Source of the DNA: an uncultured Chlamydiae bacterium
Lineage (GTDB): Bacteria; Chlamydiota; Chlamydiia; Chlamydiales; JAJFMA01
Assembly: GCA_963713615.1 (NCBI GenBank)
Contig: CAVQMM010000001.1
Coordinates: forward strand, 1,664,001 to 1,728,000
Length of the DNA stretch: 64,000 nucleotides
Reading direction: 5' to 3'
The position numbers and the translations under genes are program-made. Each line of letters begins with the position of its first letter. Positions within the stretch are counted from its first letter, which is position 1. The notes under the pieces are model-generated. The model was not told where the DNA came from, ran no database searches, and saw only the letters and a program-made list of their open reading frames with translations. This document shows, one piece after another, positions 39,689-49,163 of this stretch.

Positions 39689-40417
39689 ATGAGCTGGCAT
39701 AGAAAAACTCTATTTATCACTCTTTTTTTTCTCGGTACAAGCCTACGACCTTCGTTCTTGCATTGTGAAATACTTTTAGAAGAAGGCCAAGAGGAGATCA
39801 CGCAAGGCCCGCTATTCGTCAGCCTAGGCTCACATTGTAGCCCCGCCCTAATATTGCGTAAGGCAGGAATACGAAAGGCTGCTTACCCTTTCGATTGGGC
39901 TGTATCGGTCGATGGTCATATGCTCATACAAGGTATTCGAGAGGGCTTTATCCATTTTTGCCACCCACAGTATCTTGTCGCGTCTGCAACAAAGCCTGGA
40001 TTTCTTTTGCAGACTTATTATCATATGGAATTTAAGCATGATGGGTATTGGCTTGGCCCTGACTATGAGGAAAACCTTCCCAGCTTCTGCAAAAAATATG
40101 AACGAAGGCTTGCCAGGTTCAACAACATTAAGTTTCATGATGGAACGGTCTATTTTATTAGACAGGCTTTACCAAGATCGGATAGTGACGCATTTATCTT
40201 CAAAAATAGCGACAACAATGAAATTAGTCCAACCTATGCCACACACCTCTATGCAGCCTTAAAAGAGACGTTTCCAAAGCCTGAGGTGCGACTAATTATC
40301 ATCAACCCACCATCCAAAGGAACGCGCAAAATGCATAGGATATCACCAAACATCGTCATCGTCAGCGCCGATGTGACAAATATAGACATCTTTAAAGTCG
40401 TCAAGTTTTTCAAATAG
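39689..40417 (+). CDS. DUF1796 family putative papain-like cysteine peptidase (paralog 1)
   Basis: FVSLGSHC..A..LR..G.R...YPFDW, H, KYERRLARF; leader. Confidence 0.75.
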   Translation: MSWHRKTLFITLFFLGTSLRPSFLHCEILLEEGQEEITQGPLFVSLGSHCSPALILRKAGIRKAAYPFDWAVSVDGHMLIQGIREGFIHFCHPQYLVASATKPGFLLQTYYHMEFKHDGYWLGPDYEENLPSFCKKYERRLARFNNIKFHDGTVYFIRQALPRSDSDAFIFKNSDNNEISPTYATHLYAALKETFPKPEVRLIIINPPSKGTRKMHRISPNIVIVSADVTNIDIFKVVKFFK

Positions 40418-40436
40418 CAACGATCGTTCACTCGGT

Positions 40437-41504
40437 TCAACCTTTATCAAACCAAAAAGGTTTGGCTGCATTCCGTGGCTGTCTTGGTGTTTGAACCCGA
40501 AAATTCATATAGTTGTAGATCGAAGCGGTAGGCTTCACTCCTGTCCGCCAAGCTGCAACAGATAGGATAAACTCCTCGGGATACAATGTCATCGCTGGGT
40601 ATACCTGGGTACTCAGGCTATACCATTCCCAAATGAGACGATGAGTTGCCGGATGGTTAAAAGAAAAACCCATTGCACAGGATGGTATGTGTGGGATTGC
40701 GGAAAGCTGTTCGACATCAAGTCCTGAACTATATATGGAGGTCTCAGGATAGAGGTGAAGCCTGTACTCATAATCTAAATATACAGCATTGGTAAACAGC
40801 ATGGCACCGCCTTGAGCTATTCCCTTAAAAACCGCATCTAAATTGTTTACAGGGTGCACCGAGCAGTCTAACCATAGAACATTTTCATAGCCCAATAATG
40901 ATGCTTCAAGAATGGATAGTAACTTAAAGGAGTAAGGTACATGCACAAGACGAATCCCGCCACGCTCAACCAGCGGAAAACCACCTAGTCGACATAAAAC
41001 ATGACCGCGATAACCATTAGTCTTTAGATCTTCAATAATATTGAATAGCCGTTTCTGATACGCAACATTTCGATATTTGTTGTCCGAGTCAAATGACGCA
41101 TACAAAACGATGCACCTAGACCGATCTCCTTTAGGCGCTCCGCCTAAAGCCATGATTTGAACACTTGGCATTTCCTGGCTTGGACCAACCAACATCATTC
41201 CTTGCAGCATCCTATACCAATAGCGGTATTGTCGACCTTCATCTCCAATGGGAGGATCACCAGCATTCTCGATGCGATAATCGAATACCACGTCCAAATA
41301 AGGCCTATCTCCATATCTCAGGTAATATTCGACCTTTTTATAGTCTTCCCACGTAGGATTATTAATATTAGAAAGCGAATCCCATAGCCCTGTCAGCTCA
41401 TCATCAACATAAAAGGGTTGCACCTCGTCAAACGTAGGAGGACCACCAAAGACATTCATCAACAGCAATGTCATTATGACTGTACATAAGAGTCGACTGT
41501 TCAT
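40437..41504 (-). CDS. GT-A-like putative glycosyltransferase (paralog 2)
   Basis: Signal peptide; HVPYSFK..EA.LLGYENVLWLDCS, YPEE, C-terminal FWFDKG. Confidence 0.55.
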   Translation of the reverse strand: MNSRLLCTVIMTLLLMNVFGGPPTFDEVQPFYVDDELTGLWDSLSNINNPTWEDYKKVEYYLRYGDRPYLDVVFDYRIENAGDPPIGDEGRQYRYWYRMLQGMMLVGPSQEMPSVQIMALGGAPKGDRSRCIVLYASFDSDNKYRNVAYQKRLFNIIEDLKTNGYRGHVLCRLGGFPLVERGGIRLVHVPYSFKLLSILEASLLGYENVLWLDCSVHPVNNLDAVFKGIAQGGAMLFTNAVYLDYEYRLHLYPETSIYSSGLDVEQLSAIPHIPSCAMGFSFNHPATHRLIWEWYSLSTQVYPAMTLYPEEFILSVAAWRTGVKPTASIYNYMNFRVQTPRQPRNAAKPFWFDKG

Positions 41505-41634
41505 TTAAGACCCTTATTATCAAACATCAAAAGCGCTTGTGTCATTTACACAAGACGGATATAGCCTTCCAGTTTTAACTTTAGTCGGGCATCGCGCAAC
41601 GGTGGCAAGTAATGCTATCAACTGCGGACTCAAC

Positions 41635-42714
41635 TCATGCTTTATCGAGCCAGAATGGCTTGGATACATTTCGTGGCTTCCTTGGAGTCTTAGACCGAAA
41701 ATCCATATAGTTGTAGATCGATGCTATAGGCTTCACTCCTGTCCGCCAAGCTGCAACAGATAGGATAAACTCCTCGGGATACAATGTCATCGCTGGATAT
41801 ACCATCGTACTCAGGCGATACCACTCCCGAATAAGATGATGAGTGGTTGGATGATTGAAGGAGAAACCTATTGCACAAGATGGTATGTGTGGAATTGCGG
41901 AAAGATTCTTGAGAGCTAATCCTGCACTATATACTGCGGTCACAGGATACAGGTGAAGGCCATATTCATAATCTAGATGCACGCCATTTGTCAACAGAAG
42001 AGCACCCCTCTTAGCTATTCTGTAAAACACTTTGTTTAGATTGTTCACAGGATGCACAGAAGAATCTAACCACAGAATATTTTCATAGCCCAATAGTGAC
42101 GCTTCAATAATGGACAATAGCTTAAAGGAATAGGGCACATGCACGAGACGAATGCCCCCACGTTCAATCAGAGGAAAACCACCTACGCGATACAGGACAT
42201 GCCCACAATAACCATTGGCCGTCAAGTCCTCAATAATATCAAATAGTCGCTTGTCATAGACTCGTTTTTCAGCACTATTACGATCCCCACTATCAGCATC
42301 GTATGATGCATATAGTACAACACATTTGGACCGGTCTTCCTCGCTAGCACCTCCTAAAGCCAAAATCTGAAGTTGTGGTAGCTCCTCATTAGGGCCAACG
42401 AGCATCATGCCCTGCAGCATTCTGTGCCAATAACGGTGCTGTCGTCCCTCATCCCCAATGGAAGGGTCACCGGCCTTTTCGATACGATAGTTGAACACCA
42501 CGTCTAGATAAGGCCTGTCACCATATCTCAGGTAGTATTCAACCCTCTTATAGTCTTCCCATGAGGGATGATAGATGTCAGTAAGCGACTCCCATAGGCT
42601 CGACAGCTCCTCATCGACATAAATGGGCTGCACATCGTCAAATACAAAAGAACTGCCGAAGACATTTGTTAGCATTAACGTCAGCACACCTACAAAAAGC
42701 AGTCGATTGTTCAT
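41635..42714 (-). CDS. GT-A-like putative glycosyltransferase (paralog 3)
   Basis: Tandem close paralog of 40437-41504. Confidence 0.55.
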   Translation of the reverse strand: MNNRLLFVGVLTLMLTNVFGSSFVFDDVQPIYVDEELSSLWESLTDIYHPSWEDYKRVEYYLRYGDRPYLDVVFNYRIEKAGDPSIGDEGRQHRYWHRMLQGMMLVGPNEELPQLQILALGGASEEDRSKCVVLYASYDADSGDRNSAEKRVYDKRLFDIIEDLTANGYCGHVLYRVGGFPLIERGGIRLVHVPYSFKLLSIIEASLLGYENILWLDSSVHPVNNLNKVFYRIAKRGALLLTNGVHLDYEYGLHLYPVTAVYSAGLALKNLSAIPHIPSCAIGFSFNHPTTHHLIREWYRLSTMVYPAMTLYPEEFILSVAAWRTGVKPIASIYNYMDFRSKTPRKPRNVSKPFWLDKA

Positions 42715-42812
42715 AAAAACCTTTTAGCATAGTTTGAGCAAGCATATTTTCAAGTAAGATAGCCAGCCTCGATCGACTCGTCAATTATATTTTATTGCTT
42801 TTATGCATCTCC

Positions 42813-42841
42813 TTGACTCATTAAAGGAACTATTTTAGACT
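42813..42841 (+). promoter_or_regulatory. Candidate sigma70-type promoter for FkbM paralog 2
   Basis: TTGACT-17 bp-TAGACT, conserved in the paralogous intergenic region at 45182-45211. Confidence 0.6.
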
Positions 42842-42863
42842 GCACAGATTCAATTGTTTTTAA

Positions 42864-43023
42864 GGCCTTGTTCACCTTTGCGGTCAGAATTTCGGTCGGA
42901 CGAAAAAGGTCGGATGTCGTGGTTTGTGACGAGGGCATAGCGCCAGCTATGTCCGAGGAGCAAAACGCGACAGACGATCCTTTTGCAGTCCACCGAAAAC
43001 TGACCGAAAAGGTGAACAAGGCC
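42864..43023. mobile_element. 160-bp MITE (GGCCTTGTTCACC family), copy 2
   Basis: Terminal IRs; 8-bp duplication GTTTTTAA at 42856-42863 and 43024-43031. Confidence 0.92.
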
Positions 43024-43081
43024 GTTTTTAAACAATGATGACCTCCCGGTAACGATAACTATTCAGCACGTCGAGCCTAAC

Positions 43082-43960
43082 ATGAAAGTTCCATTTATTA
43101 GCCTACACAATACTGTCCATGCCCTGTCTGAGCTATGGAAAATCCCTCTTCTCTTTTTGGCCTGTACAATCACTCTGGTACCGGAAAGCGACCTTTACGC
43201 ACATCCTAAGCCTCCAACATATTACCCTAACGAAGAACATGTGGCAAAGTACCTAAACGAGATGCCTTGGAGTTACTATAAGTCATATTACGTAAATGGA
43301 TTGGGGTGGTTTTGGGTCGATAATGCTCGTGATGTGGTCAAAGATACGATAAAGACAGGAAAGGTCTGGTCGCCTCATATCGTACAGTTACTGGAAAGGT
43401 ATCTCAAACCTGGCGACAATGTGATCGATATTGGAGCCCATATGGGAACCATGTCGCTTGCGATGAGTAACCTTGTTGGAACGACCGGAATGGTTTATGC
43501 TTTCGAATGTGAACGACAATTTTTTAGAGAGCTCTACCATAACATGTATTCTAATGGTAGAACCAATGTCATCCCTCACCTAAGCTGGATTACTGACGTT
43601 GATGCTGATGTCGAGGTATTCGACAAGCATGAAGCTAATTATAACCCTGTGCATTCCCCCATCGATGAGTCTTGGACGCTGCATAAACACACCTTGGATT
43701 CCTTTGCCCTCAACAACATCGCATTGATAAAAATCGATGTAGCAGGTGCCCAGGACGAGGTATTAAGCGGAGCACAAGAAACCATCGCTCACTCACGCCC
43801 CCTCCTGTTTATTAAAATCCTGGGAGCCTTGGATGGAAAAAAGGACCCAGCCGTCAAAAAACGTCTCGTGCATACGTGCAAAACGTTGCTTAACATGAAC
43901 TACATCATATTAAATCTAAAAGGCGAATATTACTTCGCTATTCCTAGAGAACGGGCATAG
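43082..43960 (+). CDS. FkbM-family methyltransferase (paralog 2, degenerate motifs)
   Basis: DIGAHMG, YAFE, KIDVAGAQ. Confidence 0.85.
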   Translation: MKVPFISLHNTVHALSELWKIPLLFLACTITLVPESDLYAHPKPPTYYPNEEHVAKYLNEMPWSYYKSYYVNGLGWFWVDNARDVVKDTIKTGKVWSPHIVQLLERYLKPGDNVIDIGAHMGTMSLAMSNLVGTTGMVYAFECERQFFRELYHNMYSNGRTNVIPHLSWITDVDADVEVFDKHEANYNPVHSPIDESWTLHKHTLDSFALNNIALIKIDVAGAQDEVLSGAQETIAHSRPLLFIKILGALDGKKDPAVKKRLVHTCKTLLNMNYIILNLKGEYYFAIPRERA

Positions 43961-43980
43961 ACCTCTAGATTTAATGAGAG

Positions 43981-45045
43981 CTACTTTTTATCCATCCAAA
44001 ATGGAAGTTTTGCACCAGAGGGTTGTTGCGGAGTGCACTCCCTTGTATCCATATAATTTGCAAGGCGATTGGTAGGCTTGATACCACAACGCCAGGCGGC
44101 AATAGACAAGATAAATTCCTCGGGATACAGAGACATCGCTGGATGCACCATAGCTGTCATACGATACCATTCGCGTAACAACTCATGTCCTGATGGATGA
44201 TTGAAAGAAATGCCGATGATTGCCGCCCCGATGTGGGGAATTTTGGCCAAATCGGCAATCCGTAAACCAGTACTGAAAACAGTCGAGTCGGGGCAAAGGT
44301 GAAGCCGGTATTCATAATCAAGTTTTGTGTCAGTTGTGGCTAAGATAACTCCCTTTCTACGTAATTCCAAAAACACCTTTTTAAGGTTATTAGCAGGATG
44401 CATAGAACAGTCTACCCACAACACATCGTGATAACCCATTAGAGACGCTTCTATGAGTGAAAGTAACTTGAACGAATAAGGAACATGAATCAATCGAAGA
44501 GACCCTCGGTCTACTAAGGGATATCCACCCACGCGATATAACACGTGCCCGACATAGCCCTCTCGTTTCAAATCGGCTACAATATTTAGCATCCGTTGGG
44601 CATAGGAGGTTCTTAGGTCAAAAGGATCCATATTAAAAGACCCATATAGGACGATGCAACGTGACTTGTCTTCAGGATGAGCTCCCCCAAGCTCCATTTG
44701 TTTAAACACAGGCATTTCCTGTTTTGGCCCTACCAACTTGATGTTTTGCTGGATTCGTTGCCAACAGGCAAATGATCGATCTCCCAGTTCTTCTGGGAAT
44801 ATTTCACAGATGCCTAGACACAAGTCAAACAGCGTATCAAGATAGGGTCTCCGACCATAACGAAGATAGTTTTGGACCAATTGATAGTCCGCCAAGGTGG
44901 GAAAATACAGATCCGACAACGATGTCCATAGCTCTTCGAGCTCATCATCCACATAGGTTGAACGCACCTCATCCAGAGCGAATGGAACAGCACCAATTTC
45001 AGCGAACAGCGTCAGCAACAAAACGGATAACAGACTTAAAACCAC
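43981..45045 (-). CDS. GT-A-like putative glycosyltransferase (paralog 4)
   Basis: Same family motifs (VLWVDCS, YPEE, FWMDKK). GTG at 45045 after an AGAGG RBS preferred over the ORF-track start 45159. Confidence 0.55.
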   Translation of the reverse strand: MVLSLLSVLLLTLFAEIGAVPFALDEVRSTYVDDELEELWTSLSDLYFPTLADYQLVQNYLRYGRRPYLDTLFDLCLGICEIFPEELGDRSFACWQRIQQNIKLVGPKQEMPVFKQMELGGAHPEDKSRCIVLYGSFNMDPFDLRTSYAQRMLNIVADLKREGYVGHVLYRVGGYPLVDRGSLRLIHVPYSFKLLSLIEASLMGYHDVLWVDCSMHPANNLKKVFLELRRKGVILATTDTKLDYEYRLHLCPDSTVFSTGLRIADLAKIPHIGAAIIGISFNHPSGHELLREWYRMTAMVHPAMSLYPEEFILSIAAWRCGIKPTNRLANYMDTRECTPQQPSGAKLPFWMDKK

Positions 45046-45181
45046 CGTGTGACCTCTAGGGTATGTTGTGAATGCAGTTGCGTAGATTCTAACACTTGAA
45101 TTAAAGCCAGACAACAACAAAAATTTTAACCCGCGATTGCCTGCTAATCTTTGAAACACATTTAGCTACTCAATCATTTTC

Positions 45182-45211
45182 TTGACTCATTTTAAAGCAC
45201 TCTTTTAGACT
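45182..45211 (+). promoter_or_regulatory. Candidate sigma70-type promoter for the FkbM tandem array
   Basis: TTGACT-18 bp-TAGACT; paralogous to 42813-42841. Confidence 0.55.
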
Positions 45212-45285
45212 GCACCCATTAAGTAGTTTTTGAGCAGTAGCAGTAGTGGTCCTCTCTTGACAACACTCAGCACATCGAGCATAGC

Positions 45286-46179
45286 ATGAACATTTCCTCT
45301 GTTAACCTCCTCAGGCCTGCCAAAATTTCGACTAAATTGCGCAGGTTTTCTCTTCTCTTTTTGCCTTATGCCCTTGTCGCATTGATGTGGAGCAGTCCGC
45401 TAAGTGCGGATTTCAATCTACCAATCTACTATCCACAAGAGGAGCATGTAGCTTCATATATTGGTCGCATGCCCTGGCATCTCTATAAATCCTACCATGT
45501 ACCCGGTCTGGGCTGGTTTTGGGTAGATAACGCCCGCGATGTTGTTAAGGATACGATCAAAAAGGGCAAAATATGGGAACCCTACATCGTAAAGATACTA
45601 GCGACCTACATTAAGCCCGGCGACAACGTCGTTGATCTAGGGGCGCACATGGGCACGATCTCCCTAGCTATGAGCAATCTGGTGGGACAAACAGGAATGG
45701 TATACTCGTTTGAAGGTGAACGGCAGTTTTTTAGAGAGCTTTACCACAACATCTACTCAAACGGAAGAACAAATATCATACCTCATCTATGTTGGATCGG
45801 TGATAAGGAGGAAGACATTGAAGTTCATTATTACTACGGCAATAACTATAGCCCGGTGCATCAGCCCAGCGATAGGCCATGGATACTTCACAAGCACAAA
45901 TTGGATACCTTTGACCTCCAGAATATCTCGTTAATGAAGATCGATGTGGAATGCACCGAAGACGAAATCTTAAGTGGCGCTCAGGAAACCATCGCACGCT
46001 GCCGCCCAGTCCTAGTGATCGAAATTATGGGGGGGTTTGGCAATAGTAACAAACCTGAGGTACATACTCGCATTGCTCACACGATTGGTACACTCAACGC
46101 AATGGGTTATTCCGTACAAAAAATTCATGTCGACGATTACCTTGCAGTCCCTAAAGAAAAATTGAGAAATCGCAAATAA
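45286..46179 (+). CDS. FkbM-family methyltransferase (paralog 3)
   Basis: IWEP, DLGAHMG, YSFE, KIDVECTE, RPVLVIE; hydrophobic leader ending LSA. Confidence 0.9.
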   Translation: MNISSVNLLRPAKISTKLRRFSLLFLPYALVALMWSSPLSADFNLPIYYPQEEHVASYIGRMPWHLYKSYHVPGLGWFWVDNARDVVKDTIKKGKIWEPYIVKILATYIKPGDNVVDLGAHMGTISLAMSNLVGQTGMVYSFEGERQFFRELYHNIYSNGRTNIIPHLCWIGDKEEDIEVHYYYGNNYSPVHQPSDRPWILHKHKLDTFDLQNISLMKIDVECTEDEILSGAQETIARCRPVLVIEIMGGFGNSNKPEVHTRIAHTIGTLNAMGYSVQKIHVDDYLAVPKEKLRNRK

Positions 46180-46198
46180 ATTAAGGAACAGACTACTC

Positions 46199-47119
46199 AT
46201 GAAGGGTTTCAAGCTATCTGTCATTCTTTGCTGTTGGTGGCTGTCGTCTGCTCTAGCGGGAGATGATCAAGCCTACCAATATTATCCCAAGGAACCTGCG
46301 CTAGAGGCTTATCTGAACAAAATGCCCTGGCAATACTATCGGCTTTATAACGTACCCACTTTAGGCTGGTTTTGGGTCGATGACGCACGCGATTGCATCA
46401 AGGATACACTGAAACAGGGAGTTCTTTGGGAAAAACATGTGCTTCGAGAGCTTAAGAGATATCTTAGGCACGGTGACGTCGCTATCGATATAGGCGCGCA
46501 TATGGGCACGCTATCGCTGTTTATGAGCCGTCTCGTAGGCCCCACTGGCACTGTGCATGCCTTTGAGGGTGAACGTCAGCTATTTAGAGAACTCATCGAG
46601 AATGTAAGATTAAACGAGCGCCCGAATATAATACCCTATATGTTCTGGATTAGTGATGTGGAAAAAGATATTGAAGCCTCATGGGTATTCTATCACCCTG
46701 ATTCCAGCCCCGTCTGTACCTCTGAAGGGCTTCCCTACAGTTTGCATGTACATCGGCTTGACTCATTTAATTTTGATAGAGTCAAGCTCATAAAAATTGA
46801 TGTTGAATTGAAAGAAGATGAGGTTTTGATGGGCGCTAGAGAGACAATCATGCGTTGCCGTCCAATCATCCTTATTGAGATCATGGGCGGATTCGGCTGG
46901 CGCGTGACGCCTGATGTGCGAGCTCGTATAGACCATACTGTATCCCTCTTGAAAGGCATGGGGTATGTTGTAAAACAGATCTTCACAGATGACTATATCG
47001 CGATACCCTCAGAACGCTTTAAACCAATACCTCCGAAATCTGATGTATCGCAAAATCTTGTTAGTGGCCTTCCACAAGTAGCCTTCGAGAACCCTAAGAC
47101 AGAAATTCAAGAAACTTAA
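46199..47119 (+). CDS. FkbM-family methyltransferase (paralog 4)
   Basis: Signal peptide (SSALA), DIGAHMG, HAFE, KIDVELKE. Confidence 0.9.
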   Translation: MKGFKLSVILCCWWLSSALAGDDQAYQYYPKEPALEAYLNKMPWQYYRLYNVPTLGWFWVDDARDCIKDTLKQGVLWEKHVLRELKRYLRHGDVAIDIGAHMGTLSLFMSRLVGPTGTVHAFEGERQLFRELIENVRLNERPNIIPYMFWISDVEKDIEASWVFYHPDSSPVCTSEGLPYSLHVHRLDSFNFDRVKLIKIDVELKEDEVLMGARETIMRCRPIILIEIMGGFGWRVTPDVRARIDHTVSLLKGMGYVVKQIFTDDYIAIPSERFKPIPPKSDVSQNLVSGLPQVAFENPKTEIQET

Positions 47120-47130
47120 TAGAGGCAAAT

Positions 47131-47997
47131 ATGCAATTCCGCTTCCTAAAATGGCCTATTACGATTAGTTGCCAAGCCCCACTAAAGCTATTGCTTTGCC
47201 CTTTGTTGTGCTTCACCTCTTTGACCGCCGAGCAAAAGCTCCCCGCCTATTATCCACAGGAAGATCACGTAGCGTCCTATCTCAGCAACATGCCCTGGGG
47301 ATATTATAAGTTATACAACGTCACTGGACTCGGATCTTTTTGGGTTGACGATGCCTATGACGTTGTCAAAGACACCATAAAAAAAGGTAAAATTTGGGAA
47401 CCTCATATCTTGAAGCTACTCATTACATACATCAAACCAGGTGATCATGTCGTCGACATCGGCGCACATATGGGGACGATTTCGCTCACAATGAGCAATT
47501 TAGTTGGAGAGGCCGGTATGGTGTATTCCTTTGAAGGCGAACGACAGTTTTTTAGAGAACTCTGCTATAACGTGTCTGCCAGCAATCGCAAGAATGTTAT
47601 GCCACATCTGTGTTGGGTTACTGATACCAATATGGAGCTCGAAATGACACAGTACTACGGTGACAACTATAGTCCTGTACACCAGTCCAATGATGGCCCG
47701 TGGAATCTACATAAACATACTCTAGACTCGTTTAATCTCGACAATATAGCCTTGATGAAGATCGATGTGGAGTGTACAGAAGACGAGGTACTACGAGGAG
47801 CCCAGGAGACTATCTCGCGGTCACGCCCAATCCTGATCATAGAAATCATGGGCGGTTTTAGCAGAAAAGATTCAAGGATTAGAGAGCGCATTAAGAATAC
47901 GCGTCGCACATTGCAAAGTATGAACTACAAAGTGAAAAAAATTAAGGATGACGACTACCTCGCCATTCCTAATGAGCGCATCCCAGCAAATGCTTAA
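47131..47997 (+). CDS. FkbM-family methyltransferase (paralog 5)
   Basis: Leader ending SLTA, DIGAHMG, KIDVECTE. Confidence 0.9.
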   Translation: MQFRFLKWPITISCQAPLKLLLCPLLCFTSLTAEQKLPAYYPQEDHVASYLSNMPWGYYKLYNVTGLGSFWVDDAYDVVKDTIKKGKIWEPHILKLLITYIKPGDHVVDIGAHMGTISLTMSNLVGEAGMVYSFEGERQFFRELCYNVSASNRKNVMPHLCWVTDTNMELEMTQYYGDNYSPVHQSNDGPWNLHKHTLDSFNLDNIALMKIDVECTEDEVLRGAQETISRSRPILIIEIMGGFSRKDSRIRERIKNTRRTLQSMNYKVKKIKDDDYLAIPNERIPANA

Positions 47998-48132
47998 CTT
48001 TGGCAGAAATAGCATATTCCATGGACTATTGAACGAACTGCGATGGGGTCTAAACCGCTTTTATCTTGTTGCCTAAATGCACCATGCTAAACTACAAAGA
48101 CGACTCTCAAACGTTTAATTTTAGAGCTAAAA

Positions 48133-48870
48133 ATGGTCTGGTGTTGTCTACGTTCTATTTATGCATTGTTATTGTCAATGTGCCTGTCACCTCTATGTGG
48201 GGATCTCTTTTCCGAGGCGGATGATGCGGAAATCGTTTCACAAAATCGCACCTTATTTGTGAGTCTGGGCTCGACCTGTCATTCAGCAATGATGTTGAGA
48301 CATGCCGGCCTCAGATACGCTGCCTATCCGTTAGATTGGGTCTTGTCCATGGATGGTAACAAATTGATCGATGGTATTAGGGATGGTTTTGCTTATCTTT
48401 GCGATCCTAGATACCTCATAGTTCTAAAAGAAAAGTATGGGTGGTTGGCAAATACCTACTACAGCATAGAACTTGTCCATGAGGGGAACTGGCTTGGTAA
48501 CCGTTTTGCGCATCGATGGTCTAAATTCCGCGAGAAATATGCAAGGCGATTGGCAAGGTTTCACAATATTAAAGAGCATGAAGGTACTGTCTATTTTTTC
48601 AGAGCCGCTATGCCTGAATTTTTTGTTTCCCAGGGTACATATGTCTTTGAGGATAAAGAAAACAGAGTAATCACGCCACAGTACGCTCTAAGATTATATT
48701 CTGCACTAAAGGAGGCTTTCCCGAAACCAAATGTGCGATTAATTATTTTCAATTTTTTACCAGAAATCGACAGGGAAGTGCTGAAGGTTTCAGATGATAT
48801 TGTTATGGTTTGGACTGATTGGGCAAAGGGACTCGAGGAAAACGTCCCATCAATCCTGGTGCATTTCTAA
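48133..48870 (+). CDS. DUF1796 family putative cysteine peptidase (paralog 2)
   Basis: FVSLGSTC..LR..GLR..AYPLDW; paralog of 39689-40417. Confidence 0.75.
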   Translation: MVWCCLRSIYALLLSMCLSPLCGDLFSEADDAEIVSQNRTLFVSLGSTCHSAMMLRHAGLRYAAYPLDWVLSMDGNKLIDGIRDGFAYLCDPRYLIVLKEKYGWLANTYYSIELVHEGNWLGNRFAHRWSKFREKYARRLARFHNIKEHEGTVYFFRAAMPEFFVSQGTYVFEDKENRVITPQYALRLYSALKEAFPKPNVRLIIFNFLPEIDREVLKVSDDIVMVWTDWAKGLEENVPSILVHF

Positions 48871-49016
48871 TGTTTTCCAAATTGTACAATTTGCGATTAC
48901 TTGCTCTCGCTTTCTTTCTATGGACAGGTATTCCCTTGCATGCGCCACAAGTGCTTGTGAGAGTATCGAGGTACTAAAGTGCTGCCAAAATTTCAAATTA
49001 TGTTGACGAATTTCTT

Positions 49017-49100
49017 GGCCCTATTTACGCTGCACGGTTTTCGTAGCAATTAGGGGCCTCGCAGCCGACCGAAAACTGCGCGTAAAGTCGAACAAGGCCC
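49017..49100. repeat. Degenerate short member of the GGCCTTGTTC MITE family
   Basis: Ends with cgaccgaaaactg..gaacaaggccc. A further remnant end gggccttgttcacc lies at ~36222. Confidence 0.6.
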
Positions 49101-49163
49101 AATTAGGCGTCCACAATAGGACAAGCCATAGAAAACGACCGCAGACCAACAGAGAGCATTAAC

